A stretch of 64,000 bases of DNA from Lingula anatina (taxonomy: Eukaryota; Animalia; Brachiopoda), in assembly GCA_051362555.1 (NCBI GenBank), contig CM120640.1:50012788-50076787 (forward strand). Reading direction: 5' to 3'. Of the stretch, positions 1 through 14,792 are shown in pieces; positions within the stretch are counted from its first letter, which is position 1, and every line of letters begins with the position of its first letter. The position numbers and the translations under genes were made by a program. The notes under the pieces are model-generated. The model had not been told where the DNA came from and did no database searches. It saw only the letters and a list, made by a program, of their open reading frames with translations.

Positions 1-1941
1 TTATAAAGCGACATATCAGTCTGAATAAGAAGACGACTTTGTTGTAAGGTTTACATACTCAAACCTTATAAGACCATTTATACAAAATCCATGCTTAGGC
101 GTAGCATCTGGAAATGGTAAACAATCAAAATCCTAGCTGCACGATGTGAGATTAGATTAATAAACACATTTATCGATCGGCGCTTGTTCAACGAGGAAAG
201 CTAGGTAGTCTGTTTCATTATTTTGGCTTGCATTATAGATGATCACTGCTGGCTTTATCACAGCGCGGTAGCGCTAAGGCCACGTTTCTGAAGATAACAA
301 TCATTGAAGTGCCAGTCAATATAACTGATGACAAAGATTTTGAAACGTGTATCGAAGCCGGAAAGCCGCCAATTTTACCGAAAAAGATAACAAGCGAGTG
401 TCTTTTAAGTGCTGTCGTGGCGCACAGGTATATGTAACATATGCAGTCGTGCAATATATCAATATAGGTGAGGTGTGTTCGGAAATAATACATATGCATT
501 TTGAGTAATCGGATCAAGACCATTACGTATCTCAAACGAAAGCATTAGACTTTTTAAAGTGGTATGTACATTAGATTTCAAGAGAAATTATTATTTCTGA
601 TTGGTATGGTAATATGATATCGGGAAAAAATTGTGCATGCTCTAATGACTGTATACGAAGCAATCAAGTGCAATTAAGGCCAGTTTTTGTCATTCATGGT
701 TATTTGAAAAACACTGGTATCAGGACGTATCTTGTAAGGAAGTTAAAGACATAAAATCCAGTTGTTTTCATCCTTTTCAACTCGCATAACAAGCAGTGGG
801 TTTGGGTAGGCCCTATTCAGGTGTTAACATGCCAAACTTTTTATAATCCATTTTATCACAGCAAGTAATAAAGGTTAGAACGATTAGTCGGTTACCAAGA
901 GACACGGCGATTACAATGACACATAGGATTTAGAATATTTAAACTTTGTGAACGCCGAGTCGAATAGTAGTACTTGTGTGTGGTTGTGAACAATGCATAC
1001 ATGACAAATTGACAGAAAAGCGAAGGAAGTGTTTAATCAAAGCTTTCTAAAGTAAACATCAAATAGGGTCATTTTTTGTGCTGTTTTTTAACATAACCAT
1101 TGCTGTATAGATCATTGCTTCTAAATAACCGTGGCGCCTTGTCGACATTCACCTTAAGGTTTCATATCAGAGTAGGCCTACTTGTGAAACGCTATCATTT
1201 ATCTTATGAAATGCATCATTTAATGAAAATATGAAACACGATTTAATACGTAGCAATAAAATAAGGGCGTAATGCCAAGGCACTTTAACGGTACTTTTTG
1301 TATTTTAATTCATGTCAAGAATATGACGAAGTCGACAAATATTGACTCAGCAGGGCGGCAGAAGTTTAATTGTTCGCTTATATGATAACAGCCGCTGTGA
1401 CATCTTTCATCCCTCCTCCAACATAAAACAATGATATTGTTATAACGTTGCAATACAGATGTTATATTATGCTTTGTGCTTCCAAAAATATGTTAGAAAA
1501 AAAATAACAAATAAAACGGTAAATGAAAGTTGCGGCTTCCAACTGACGAAAGTAAGTCTGATTGATCACCGTGGCTGAATTGCCAGATACTGTATCCAAG
1601 GTAGTACATTATTGAGATACACATTAGTTGTAGGAGGAGAAGAGCTTCACTGGATTGTGTATATTTCGCATAGACCGTACAAACAGAGCTCGGCAGGTGA
1701 TAAAACAGATCATGATTTATATCTATCATAACTTTTTTTTTTTCGCACGAGAACTATGCACCTATGCTGTATGATATCTGCACGTAAAGAACAAGTTAGT
1801 TTGTGCTAATGTCATTTCACCGTATCAGGTGCTATTTTTCTTTCTTTTCAGATAAGGCAAAACAGACTGAAGGAGAAGAAATTCTGCTATCCTTTTGGAT
1901 CGCCATATCGATAGATTTCTCAACCACTGTCACAATCAACC

Positions 1942-2363
1942 ATGGCAACTCTTGGTGCCCAACTTTCACCCCCAGAAAAGTTACCTCGGATCCGCAGGGA
2001 CCAAAACAAACGTCTAGAAGAATCATTTAGCCAGTCCAGGAATCCAACAGAATTCGAACTTGAATTGCTGGCTGCTGAAGTCGGGCTCACAGATGAAGAG
2101 GTGGTGGTGAGGAACAATTGACTTATGTCATAATATTTCCAACAACTTTTTATCTTAGAATAAAAAAAACATAATCCATCGTGATTCCAAAGGCAAAACA
2201 CCTATTATTTATTAAAAATTACGCCTGTCCTTCACTATTTGCCAAAGGTTATATTAAATATTAATGAGATTTCATATTATTTCAGACCTGGTTTAAACAT
2301 CGTCTCGCATTATGGCGCAAGCAACAAGGTCTGCCTGCCAATGAGGGTTCGATATATGATTAA
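1942..2363 (+). CDS. HOPX: Homeodomain-only protein (80 aa, 2 coding exons)
   Basis: Exons 1942-2106 and 2286-2363, GT-AG phase-0 intron. Translation MATLGAQLSPPEKLPRIRRDQNKRLEESFSQSRNPTEFELELLAAEVGLTDEEVV|TWFKHRLALWRKQQGLPANEGSIYD*; matches the HOPX signature IAAEAGLSEEETQKWFKQRLAKWRRSEGLP. Intron falls between homeodomain codons 46/47. AATAAA at ~3256. Confidence 0.93.
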
Positions 2364-4196
2364 CTGATTTCATCATACTGTCATCATGGCGGATAGCAGA
2401 CGATCGATCTGAAGTGTGCCACCACGCCAGATGCGTCTTATATGCGGTGCTTAGCAACATATATTATCATACAGTCTCCATTGTCTTTATCAGCATTCAT
2501 CATCTGTACATTATCATTGAAGGGTTTTTTTGTTTGTGGGAAAATTTTGATTTTACGAGTTTGTAATTTAATGTAATCAGTACTGCTATGCGGATATAGG
2601 GTCAGGAAAATGTTCAAGGGTGTTTAGTTGTATCGTTATTGGCTCTTCAAGTGACCTCACTGACTTTCTCATTAATCCTTATTATGTGAAGAAAAATATT
2701 GAATATTGCTGTGATATAGTTTGTTGGCTACTTGTAATTTTTTCTGCACAGAAAATAGATTTATTTTTTTCTCCTTCGGTATTCAGTGTGTGTTTTTGCA
2801 ATATAGACACATATGTGAACTATGCGCGTTTTCGAGCATATAAAGGAAAGGAATATATGCTGAGTCTTTTAGCCAGGATGATCTGCGTGCTTCAAGGAGG
2901 ATGAAAACCTGTAGAGGTGAGCCGTATCAGGAAACGATCTGGCTTTAAAAGCTGCAAACAATGCGTTTCCTACCGCCGTTCGATATTTTCGAGAAAATGT
3001 ATTTGTGCAGGAAATATAACACGTCATGACGGCCGTTCTTCCATCCGGCTTTCAATCAATAGTTCGCGGCATCTTGAGAAACATTTGGTAATTTGTTATC
3101 AAATTAACGTACAAATGAACTTATTTCTCTTGATATACACGCCTTGAACGTTCGAACAGTCTGTGCTTGATGCATTTACTTAAAAAGAAGAAGTTTAAAA
3201 CAATGCATTGCCGGTGAAATGATGTAATTTTCTTTCTTTTTTATATAAATACAGTAATAAAGCGAAATGTGGTCAAATGTAGTTTGGTGAGTTTATACTA
3301 AATAAAAACACTCTTTTGCACTTTTCAGTGGTATATTAAACTATAATACTGATATCGTACAATTGTAAAACGTCATTTGATGGCAACTTTAGTTACTTAA
3401 TAATCAGGGCTAAGTGGCGACGTTGAACATGTTATTGATTATTTTTTGACAAAAATTTGCTAATAAAAAGACCTTTCTATAACGCCTTAGACTTCGAGGG
3501 GGAGGGGGCATATCTTGGAGTATGACATAAATGATATTTTCAGTATTTTTTTTTTCACCATAAGTATTCTTTTTTTTTTTTTCACCATAAAGACACAACC
3601 ACTCAGAATAATTCTGTGGTGCCATTGGATTTGTAGAAAACAAAATATAAATTTGAATCAAAACAAAAATACACAGTTGGTTTAGGAGCGTTTTAATCGT
3701 TATATAATAACTACGCTGATGAAGTTTAGTCACCCTGGGTTCCAGAGGAGGTGAGTTTTCAGTGTCCTTTGAAACTCGGGGTGAGTTTGTAGATTCTGTA
3801 TACGAGCTCACATCTAAGCAATATTCTGATGTAATTGTTTTTAAACGCAGCTTCAGGGCGCTAAATTAAGTTGGTTAGCGAACCCCCGATGTGAGTCTGG
3901 ATGGAGTTACCTTTATTATGGTAACATTGTTGTCTTTGACAGCAAACGATTACATGACAACGTTTCACCAAAAATAAACATATCGAAAACATACATGTAC
4001 TCGATCATCCCTCTCGCTGAAGATGGCATAGACCTTGCCAGAGGCACCTTAAACATAATAAAAGAAAAATAAATGATTGCTTACCTGCAGTGTTGTAAGT
4101 GACCGTATAAAATTGAAAACACATTAGTGATAATTGTCCTACGCTCAGACAATGCATGTATCGCTGTGTATCCCACTCCTATCCTTAAAAAGAAAT

Positions 4197-4432
4197 ACTA
4201 GTAAAGCACATCGAGAGCGCAGACCTCCGCCAAGGCAGGAATTTTTCATTAATATTGATTATTGGTTGATTCTTGGTCCGGATCACCACCAAAAACTAAT
4301 CATCTGTTCCTTGGCCCACTTCTGACATTTCCTGAAAACTTCATCAAAATCGGTCCATAACTTTTTGAGTTATGTTGATGACAAACAATCAAACAAACAG
4401 GGGTGAAAACATAACCTCCTTGGCGGAGGTAA
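4197..4432 (-). mobile_element. Non-autonomous Helentron/DINE-1-like element, copy 1
   Basis: Subterminal inverted repeats ACCTCCGCCAAGG (4223-4235) / CCTTGGCGGAGGT (to 4430), internal (CAAA)n microsatellite, short terminal hairpin next to CTAG; homologous to copies at 14275 and 31095. Confidence 0.75.
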
Positions 4433-7400
4433 ATAGGCCTATAGCACTCATAATCATTCAGTAAATGATTGTTTCCATTCATGAAGCTGGGAATAATCCT
4501 TCATATGTTATTCTAAAAACAAACTTTAGATTTAAGCTTTTGTTATACTGTAAGCTATATATATAGGCCTATGTGACTCAAGGTCCTCGTGAAAAGAAAA
4601 AAAAAATCCGTCCTTTCTTGGTAATTTGGATCTGCCGATGAATCCTGTGAATTTTAGTATTAAAAGAACGAGACGGTTAGGCCTATTTAACATCATGATG
4701 CCATAACAAACTCGTGAGACCAATAAAAAAAATAAAACATTACCACCGGCTGGGTTCTTAAAAAAAACAAACAAACAAAAAAAAAAACAAATAAGTTACA
4801 TTTATCGTATATAGCCTATATAGGCCTATATGATATTCACTCCTTTGGGTGTGCTGGCTTTCATCATTTTTAGCTTTTTATCTTGTACTCTCTGAAGGGG
4901 GGAGGGGTCTTGAAAGAGCAGATTTGTGAAAATGATAAAAATGGATGACCCCTAAATCAGGGAGGTTTTTCTTTAATTTTTCTTCATCTATGCAACCTTC
5001 TATCCCAATGTTACACATGCCCCCTATCGTTACAAGCATGTCGCTGATATATTCACGGTGCTACAAAGGGGTATAGCTTTGTTTAATTAAAACATCTGAC
5101 GAACTTGAATGATCCCAAGACACCTGCAACCTTATAGTCTGCGGATCCTGCGCACCTGCAAGTTAAATAATCCACTACAGTTGTCAAGATGAGTCAAGAT
5201 CTTTATCGCCACCTATCGGCCCTCAATGTAACTATTTACGTTATTGAAAAACTTAAGTCCGAGAAAGGGAATATACCGAGATAACAAACGTTGGGTTACT
5301 GGTTCAACTCCAACTTGTGTGAAAAGAGTGCCATTTAATTATCTGTGTACATTGATAGAGACATTGTGAAAATGCTTACAGACTTTATAGACAAGGTTAA
5401 CACTTGCAAGGCATGCTGGGAAGTATAGTGTTTTGGAAACATGGCGGATTATTGAATTCCTGGAGATGAAATATATGTCAGCCGTTCATTTGTTCAAAGT
5501 GAGGATGTTTTAGGGCTATTTAAACCAGTGCTGTAGGTGAGTGACAGGAGAATTTATTCTCTTGGTTTGATGTACTGATATTTTGATGTCTTGGCACAGA
5601 TGGTTAAATATCATCTTTTGAAGATTAGAAACAACGTTCGGAATTTGTCAGACTTTTGTGAAGCTGAGCCACTAATATAACAATCCATTGTCCAGTACAG
5701 TCAGAGGTACTGTAATCGCTGACTTTGGATTAAGTTCAGGTGAACATGTGTACTGCTCAGAACAATTTTGCTTTTATGACTTAATATTTTGTCATCCATA
5801 TCATGCTTTTTTCACATTTATAATATAATTATATTTACAGTGTTTGCTACTGTTATGTACAGTTTCTGTGAGTGTGACAAAGTGCAATTCTAAATTAAGT
5901 CTACAGTTGACATAAAGTACATGCATTTACAGGGTGTTTTTTGTTTGTTTTGCCAGTCATAAAAATTGTGTTCAATATCAAGCCTCTAAAGTAAACTAGC
6001 GAGGAATGTTCCCAGCTTTGAATACCAGAACCTCTGAGCATCACTTTTTAGAGTTCTCTCTTTAGGTTCATACCACCCCATTCCCCTGCATCATTACTTC
6101 CCCACATCATTTCACCCCCTAGCAAAATGATGTTGTTACCCACATTGATTCCCCTCCCTCCACCTGCACTGTTACCTTGCTTCATTGGTATTTGAATGAT
6201 GTTTCAAATAATAATAATGATAATATTGATTAAATGATGTTTCAAATAATAATAATAATAATGATAATAGACTAGAAATAATAAAACAAAATAAAAATCA
6301 TATTCCCAGTTATTTACAGCAAGGTTTATAAATAAGAATTGTATTTTATTTGTTGCATTTTTGCTGGTGTGGTCTAAGTAACAATGCAGGGAAGTACTAG
6401 TAATGTTGTGGGATAGTATCAGTCCAGAGATATTCATTTTGCTATGGATGGAAATTTGCCTTTTTAAAATTATTTACTATTATTTACTAAAAGTATAATA
6501 CATATGTAGCTCAAGTTTGGCAGGAATGTTGATAAGAGCAAACCAAATTTTTTGACGTAAAAACTTCAAAAACATTGAATAGTTTTGTGAGAAATATTAA
6601 TAATTGATCACAACAGACAGAAAAAAATGGACAAGCTTTTTTGTCAATCTATTTAATAACTTCAAAACTCTGCTCTGTGAGTGATTTGTTAAAGACAAAA
6701 TGCATTGATGTGATTATTTCGTTATTTTAACTTTACAAATGTAAGAGGTGAGTTTGGGAAGTAAAATGATTTTTTATGAAATTATAAAGATAATGTGTAA
6801 TTACAGATGAAAGATTATGGACAAAAAATTGTCATGGTGCAAAACTTATACTTAAACAATAATAATAACACTTTTTATCACAATTTACCATTAATTCAGT
6901 GGAAAAATATTTGCACAATAATTATTAATTTGTCTTAAATGATGAAGTTTGCATTTACTGGTAATACCATGCAATGTGATAGTTTAGATAATATCATTAG
7001 CTAAGGAGCTAGTCTTTTCTAATGATATACAAGCATGCAATATACTATTAGTTAGAGTCAACTATACCTTATACCTTGATGGAGCTATTGTAAAATATTG
7101 GAGAAGTCAATCATCAGTCTAATGGTTAATGATCCTGAGAATCTTTTGTGAGGATGTTGATGGCTCAGTTCTATGGACATGAACATCACAAATCCAAATT
7201 GTCTTCTAGAGAGAAGCTTAATAATTGCTTAGAATTGTTAATTAAAATCCATTAACTAATCAAGGAAACCATGATCAAGATGTGTAACTGTTTCATCACT
7301 AGTTGTGACCAGTTAAATACTAGTATTTGCTCATCTCTTTAATCAGTGTAGAAGTTAACCAAACCAGTAGTATAGTGCCAGAATAAAGCCTAAGCCACCT

Positions 7401-8535
7401 GTCATCTTTGATTAATTCCAGTCAGTAATTATCTTAACTAGTCATCTCTCAGGTATAGAACAGGTAAATGACAGATATCTGATCAAAAAGAAAGCCCTAT
7501 TTCATCTTCTACAAACTGCAAACAAAGGAACTGAAAATAATTAGAAGCCATAATCATACGTGATGTGTAAGCAATTTTTTACTATTCAAGTTTACTAAGC
7601 ATACAAGTTAACATGACTTGGCAGGTCACATAGCTCTATTTGATATCAAATTATGCATTAATTGAATAAGGCACCCGTTAAATATTTTTTCAATTTATAT
7701 TAATGAAACATAATCTTTATCTTTTTTAAGTAAAAAAAGACTGGAATCAATAAAATAAGTGTGCTTCAATGTATGGAATCTCTATGTACACCCCTTATAC
7801 CCAGGTCACCATCCCTTTCCATTTGTAATGATGATTTTCCATCCATCATGATATTTAATTAATGATTTTATTTATTTAAAAAATTTGTTTTAAGAAAATT
7901 CATATTTTGAATTTTCTAGGTTAATTGATTTCAGGATATGTAAAGACATACTAGTCAGTAAAAGTCTTTTATTCTCACGTTTTCCTTGAAGTTGTCTGTG
8001 TAATTTGTATGCTACAAGTTTATTGAATACATTTTATATGTCTAGTTTATTGCATGCAGGGGAACAGTTTTCATTACACTAATTTCATCTCTTACAATGA
8101 AACATACATGTCATAATTGGTCCTTCAAGCAAGTAATGGGATATACTAATATTCTCAGATTTCCTGTTATTAGAGGAAGGTAAGTCTTTCCATCCTTGAA
8201 ATTAGTGATTGTTTGACAAGTGACATTTATGGAACATGGATAAATGGGTTACTGGGAAGAACAAGTCTTGTTGGAATTACAGCATATACATTTATATTTG
8301 AGCCTTAGGCAGTGTATCTCATTACTTCCACAGTTCTCCTGCAAATTGAAAGAAGAGTTGAAAGGATTCCACTGTAGCCGTAGTGCATTTTACATTAGAT
8401 GTTCGCGTGTTAGCAATGATCATACCTAAAATTCTTTTGTTTAGCTCAATACATGTTTTACACTATTTTTCAGAAGATGGAATAAAAGCACAGGTGGTAG
8501 TGAAGTAAGCCTTAGCAGCTTTTATAGTCAAGACA

Positions 8536-11500
8536 ATGTTTTTTATGGAAGATGATGATGACGAAGAGGATGGAGGAGAGTTTGATATTCGAGAAGTTGA
8601 AAAGACGATTGGAGCTCTCAGACAGTGCTACTCCATCTTCAACCCTGGGACCCATGTGTGTAAAAGGAACAGAGACCATGCTATGAGCTTTGCCCACTGT
8701 GGGAGTGGTGTTGTCATTGGAGAGAAATATGCAGAAATGCACAGGCTTATGGAGAGAAGGGCACGACTGGAGTTCATGCGCGATTATACCAATCGCATAA
8801 ATGCAGTGAGGTTGTTTATTGCCCACCTCGAAGATCTTTGTCAAGAAGAGTATCAGACGTGGTATGCTGTCAAACATGAACTTGACACAGGAGAGATCAC
8901 AACAAATCTGGAAACTCTAAGCCACATCTGCGAAGAACTCCGCATGCACCATGTGAATCACTGGAACTCTGTCAAGCAGCATTTACACACCAGTAAGTGG
9001 CTGAGGCCCCAGCTCCCTGAGTTGTGTATGGAGATGGACCACATGCGACTGATGTTGATGCAGTACAGAGACGTGGCCCTGTGGTGGGTGGAGCAGATCA
9101 TCAGGATAGGACTGGAGGTGTTTGCCCACATGGACGTGGACAACATCACTCAGACAATGTTGTGGAATGTTGCAAGGGGAATTGAAGACTTCAACTCTAT
9201 TTTACAAACAGTGAGACACATCAACTCTCATGACATTCACCCACATAGAACTTTAAATGTTGACGGAAAAGCTGCCCTGCACTCAGCACTTTTTAATTGT
9301 GTCTCTAACAACTCCACAGCTCATGTGGCAAGCAGTGTCAAACCCATTCCCTTTTCCAAAGTGCTACACACTTTAGCTTTAGAACGTTCCATGGTGGCAG
9401 CCAAGGCCTTACATTCATACTTCACTATGAACCAAGAATTCCTTTCTCTCCAACAAGCCAATAGGTTCAGTGAATTTACCTGGGAATCGGTTGTTAATGG
9501 GGACAATGGAAAAAGTATATCCTTTGATACAAGAACTTCAGATTACCACAGTTCATCCAGTCAAGGGAGCTGTTCAGGGTTGAATGTCAAAATAGGGAAC
9601 CTGATAGTGCCTGACCTCACTGGGCTGCCGAACCCCCTAGGGGAGTTTGGTAGACAAGAGAGGGAGTTTGCCAGTAGTTTCCTGGGCGTTGTCTGCCAAT
9701 CTACTACACTGCTACGTAAGCATGTGGTGAAAGGCGGGGCACATTGGGGTAAAAAGTTCAGCCCAAGGACACAGAGACATTCATCTGCATTTAGGTTTGA
9801 CACTGAGTCAAATTCAAAACCCCCTCTGCTCTCAGAATTGAAAGTAAAAACAGCTGAGAAGAATGAAGAGAACTCCCAAAAACTAGATGCCCATTTTTCT
9901 AGACATGACCCCAAGCGTAAGTCAGTCACTTGGGGTGACAATGCAGACTCAACTGTCAAACTCCAGTTGACTTCTAGGTACATAGACCTGGTGTGGAATG
10001 GCATTGGGAATAACTTGTGCTTGGTGTTTGAACAGCATGTTTGGAACAGAGGTGATGGGGTAGCACAGGGTTTGGGGCATGTGGGTTTGTGTCCAGACTC
10101 TTTACTCATGGTGATTGTATACATGATTCAGCAGGGAGTTGCAAAAGGTAGGTTTACTGGTCTGCAAACAAGCAGTGCTCACTTTTATGCAAAAAATACA
10201 GCACATCATTTGATATTGATGTTTTTGATGCTTTATTCAGTGAGACTTTTATTTACTTATTTATTTTGTTTATTTTATTTTATTTTTTATTTATTTTTAT
10301 TATTATTTTTTTCTTTTTAGTTTCCAAGAATATATACCATTTTGAATTCTATTACAAATTTTTTTTATCAAAGTGTATCAGGAAGCAGTTTTTAAAAATG
10401 TTCAGTGGACAGTTTGTCTTAAGAACATCTGACATTACAAATTTGGTGAACCGTGCTTCATCCAATGAAATCAAACCTGTATTTTTATGACTTCTTCATA
10501 AGAAACACTTCTGAAAGAGTATCATGGTACTCTGTGCATGCCACATTAAATGTGACTGACAGGATAAAACCAGAATCCATACATAAGTAATCAATACGGA
10601 TCTGTTTTCATATATTCAAGAGGTTGTTTTGCATGTAATTTTGTCCATTGTACTTACTGTTTATTAGTAGCAGGAAATATTTCAACGTCTCATCTTAATT
10701 ATCTGTGGTGAAATAAGATATTTTAATGGTGTTAAATTAAATAATGCAAGTTGCTTACGTATATATGTAGTTACCACTTAGATGTCAGCATGGATACAAT
10801 AAAATATCCAAAAACATGTTGTACTATTTCAGAATTCTTCCCCGCCCAGTTGGAGGAGCCCCTACAGTCAGTTTCCAGAAGGTTGGTGGCATCAGCAGCA
10901 TGGGCCAAGTGGGAAGAAGGTTGGTTCATGGTGGCCTAAGCCTATTGAAATGAGTGGTTTTAAAATGAGTCATGTTTTCTTTCTGTTGATAAGAAACCAT
11001 AGTAACAATACGCTTTTCAGGACTTCTGTGATAGATATTTTAAGACTTAGAAAAAATGATGATGGAGAGCATGCCAAATACCATTTATAGTGAGTTACAT
11101 ATGAGTTAATTCATAGTCACTAAATAAAAGACTTTCCCTTTTTGGATTCATTACTGAAAGTAATCTTTTTACTTGATGTCTTCTCCCCAAAATTAAACAG
11201 TATAATATTTTTATTTCTTATAGCTATATGTGGTGCCCTAGCCTCCTCCACTGTAGACAAGTGCAGCCCTACACCTTTAGCTGCAGGGGCCTACAGCACT
11301 GTGACTGCAAAGCTACTGAGAGATACATTCAGGCCACTTCTTTTTCTTGTCACATCTGTAAATAGTATAAAGACACAGAGAGACTCCTCAGAGGTGTTAA
11401 AACAGTCAGCAGAGGTTAGAAAAGAGAGTTTGGAGATACTAGTGCCTGCCATTGCTCGTGTGCTGGCTACGTGTAGCGTGTCTCTCAAATGGTGCCATGT

Positions 11501-13596
11501 CAAGACATTTCAGTTTCTGTCAGGTTGGGCTGTCAGCCCTTTTCTCCTAGTCACACAGAGTGACATCAAGGTAAAACTTACTGGTTAGAATTTACATTCA
11601 TAGAACATGCTATTACTTGATAGATATCATGAATATAATAGTGGGGGTAAAAACTAAGCCCCCGTAAGTAAAAACAAAAAAGGCAGTTAAAATCGTACTA
11701 TTTGTTTCAGTTTGACTGTTTTTTATTCTGATTGGTCATTTGCGGTATAACAGTTATAACCTATTTTGTTTGTAATGTATATGTAATCACCATGTGTTGT
11801 AGGTGCTAGCTGATGAGAGTAAAAAAGCTCTCACCCTTGTAAAGCCTTTCATCCCAGAGCCTCCCAAGTCATCATCTAACCAGGTGGAACATCAACTGGT
11901 CCTGCAACTGACAGCACTAAGTTTACAAGTGGGAGAGCAGTGTGGCCAGTTGCAGGTATGGGGTTTGAAGCTTTTGGTAATGCTAAAGCCAGTGCATTGC
12001 GCTGCTATTACAGAAGAAGATATTAAGAAAATGATGGAAATAAGTTTAAAATCTTATTTACAATTCATAACTCATTTACAAAGTATCAGTTATGTGTTCC
12101 GTTATTGATGTCAATTAGTCTCAGTGCTGCTCAGTGATAACGCTCCCCTCAATTTGTTTACTGTGGTTTTAATATAAGAAGAATGTTTATATTGTTAACA
12201 TTCATGTACAGTCACTGTGATATCCTTGGCACAGAAAATGGGAGATATTAAACATTACCAGTCACAGATGCAGTAACCAAGGAAGAAGATAACTTTAAAA
12301 ATTTCCTACATTGCTAGATGTTATCTGGAAGTGCTGTCAAGCAGTTTGCTAGCAGCCTCAAAGCCATGGCCAGTGACTTCTTTCAAGGTGCTATGCCACT
12401 AGGCAAGGTTTGGAGGAAGAAAAGCAATCAAGGTATTATGAAAACTTTATTGATTTTTGTCTGTTGCACCTTTACTTGTTAATTGCACATGCTCTCTAAT
12501 CCCATATTATTAGCACCTGTATGAATTTCAACATATTGTCATGCGATATTAGTCTTGTGAGTTTGGTCTGGCTTAATTGTCTAAAAACCTTGAAAATATA
12601 CAGGGATGCTAGTCTTCCGGTTTTTACCGGAATTCCGGTTTTTTGCGTCCAGTTATAAAATTTTCTGGTACTATATTTTGTTTCGGAATTCTCGTTTTTA
12701 ACGTGGTCGCGGACTGGACGAACGATGCGTCAGAGGAACGTCGCATTTCAACCATTGCGACAGAGCTGCGTTTCAACACAATATCTAGTCACAACCGTAG
12801 CACGTGATTTATTTATGGCGCTTGATTGGTTGGAAATGTAGGCTTTAATGTCGGCACCCATGTGGAAAGTTTTGACACCGCGTGCGCGGAATTTTGAACT
12901 AAACCAAACTAAATGGATTTCGCGGAGAGGGGAACAGACGATATTAGCCATTACCAATCTTTGAAAATGATAAATGAAAGGGATTAACATTTAGTGACTA
13001 TCATTATCATGCTGGTGATTATCAAGCTTACGTGAGGGATCATTACTGTCTACTATGGGTGGTAGGTGTTTATGTACTGATGGCACTTCCATCTTGTCAA
13101 TGTCAAGATTATCCTTGGAAACAACTGTTGAAAATTACCATGAAGTTGTGATGACATATATTGCAATATATTTATTAAATAAAATTTGAAATATAGTAAT
13201 TGTTTCATAATCAATTTGTCACCCCCCCCCCCCCCCCCCCCCGTCTTTGCCAAAAAAAAGTTCAGGTTTTCTTTCCGGACCCCACTAGCATCCCTGAATA
13301 TATCATGTCTTTAATATAAAAAATGATAATGGAGGATATTTGCATTTGATTGCAATTTGAGAATATCATATATAATCATTTGTAAACTTAAATTTTAGAG
13401 TTTCCCACAGATCCCAATGAGTATGTAAAGCAAGCACTGGATACTTTAGTTGTGCCCATCTTAATGGGTGTGGTCAACTTGAAGACCACAGCTCAGCTTG
13501 GGACACTTTCAGTCACTGTAGTCTCTGTTTGTGAGACCTGGACTGAACTAATACTGAAAGAAAAGATCAAGTTTAGGTAAGAGAAGTAAATATTGG

Positions 13597-13663
<67 letters not shown>

Positions 13664-14792
13664 AAATCCTCCTGAAACATTCCAAAATTATTATGACTTG
13701 ATTGAAAAATATCACATAGCAACAACAGATGTTTAACTTTCTGTCACCAGCAATGTTGTTTTGTCCTATATTTGGCTTGGTATTATTGAAGAGATTTCAA
13801 TAATTTGCAATTTTGAAAGAATGTGTAATTCATCTATTTTTGTTGATTTTAGCCTTTATGGTGCACATCAGTTGTACCTGGACTTCCTGCATGTGCGAAC
13901 ATGGCTCAGTGAGAGTATTCAGAATGATGAAGTGAAACAGAGCATATTATCTCTGGACATATTCAAGTATTTGTTTGGAGCTGTCTCTCTCCTCAAGAAA
14001 CAGCCAAAAAAGAAAGGGTTGGCTACCACTGTAAACAGAGAGGAGATGAGTAAGTCTTTTCCTAGAAAATTTTGTGTGGATTAGACTTTTTTATTATGAT
14101 GCGTTACTATCAGAACTCCCTACTGAGTTTTGAATGCTGTTAGAGGTGTTGCAGTTTTTCATGAAATTGTAACTGAAACACTGAGATAGAAGTCATCTTT
14201 TTATTTATTTATTTATTAACCAGATATTGAAGATTAATTTTAAGAAATTTATTTAACTCTAATTTCTGAATTAAACTAGAAAAGCACTCCGAGATCGCAG
14301 ACCTCTGCCAAGGCAGCAATTTTTTATTATTATTGATTATTGATTGATTATTGATCCGGATCACCACCAAAAACTAATCACTTCTAAGTTAACCCATTTC
14401 CCACCAAAATCGGTCCATGCTTTTTGAGTTATGTTGATGACAAACAGACAGACAGGGGTGAAAACATAACCTCCTTGGCGGAGGTAATTATCTACCTTTT
14501 GAACATTCCATATTAAATATGTTTACCAAATTCGGCTGCCTTGTTACTTGCAGGTACAGAAGTCAGCATCACCAGCACCACATCCCAGAGGAACAATTCC
14601 CTGTTAAGCTTTGGGGAAGGATCTGGTCACACCAGTGAATGCAACAGTGACCACGATGATGTCTCAGTACCAGATCTAGACAATGACAACTACAAAATGC
14701 CCAATTCTGTAGACTGGCTGGCTCTTAGAGTCCATGGAGGAGCTAGGAGTTGGAAATTGCCTTCTTGTTTTAACAGAGAAGTGAATGACTGA
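8536..14792 (+). CDS. CCDC142: Coiled-coil domain-containing protein 142
   Basis: Frame-consistent GT-AG exons 8536-10147, 10833-10919, 11224-11570, 11803-11955, 12318-12432, 13399-13576, 13853-14049, 14554-14792. C-terminal motifs KIKFSLYGAHQLYLDF and NSVDWLALRVHGGARSWKLPSCF resemble CCDC142 (IRFSLQGALQLKQDF ... NQQAWLALRQHQRPRWHLPFFSC). Probable 5' non-coding exon ending at the donor at 5536/5537. Confidence 0.85.
12601..13296. mobile_element. hAT-like non-autonomous DNA transposon in a CCDC142 intron
   Basis: Terminal inverted repeats CAGGGATGCTAG...CTAGCATCCCTG, repeated subterminal TTCCGG motifs, CpG-richer interior. Flanks share AATATA (not a clean 8-bp TSD). Confidence 0.7.
13599..13661. 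repeat. (TA)n microsatellite
   Basis: Perfect TA dinucleotide run in an intron. Confidence 0.98.
14275..14487 (-). mobile_element. Non-autonomous Helentron/DINE-1-like element, copy 2
   Basis: Same subterminal IRs and core (GATCACCACCAAAAACTAATC, CAAAATCGGTCCAT, GGGGTGAAAACATAACCTCCTTGGCGGAGGT) as 4197-4432, with a (CAGA)n microsatellite. Confidence 0.75.

Noticed and set aside
233-535. 100-aa minus-strand ORF
   Set aside because: Non-ATG start, no recognisable domain or splice context.
5441-5455. ATG GCG GAT TAT TGA as an alternative CCDC142 start
   Set aside because: Stops after four codons; more likely a YY1-type motif or tiny uORF in a non-coding exon.
8512-10124. Antisense ORFs over CCDC142 (and similar ones over TRPA, NHLRC2, SLC7 and nan)
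   Set aside because: Shadow ORFs opposite real exons with no recognisable motifs.
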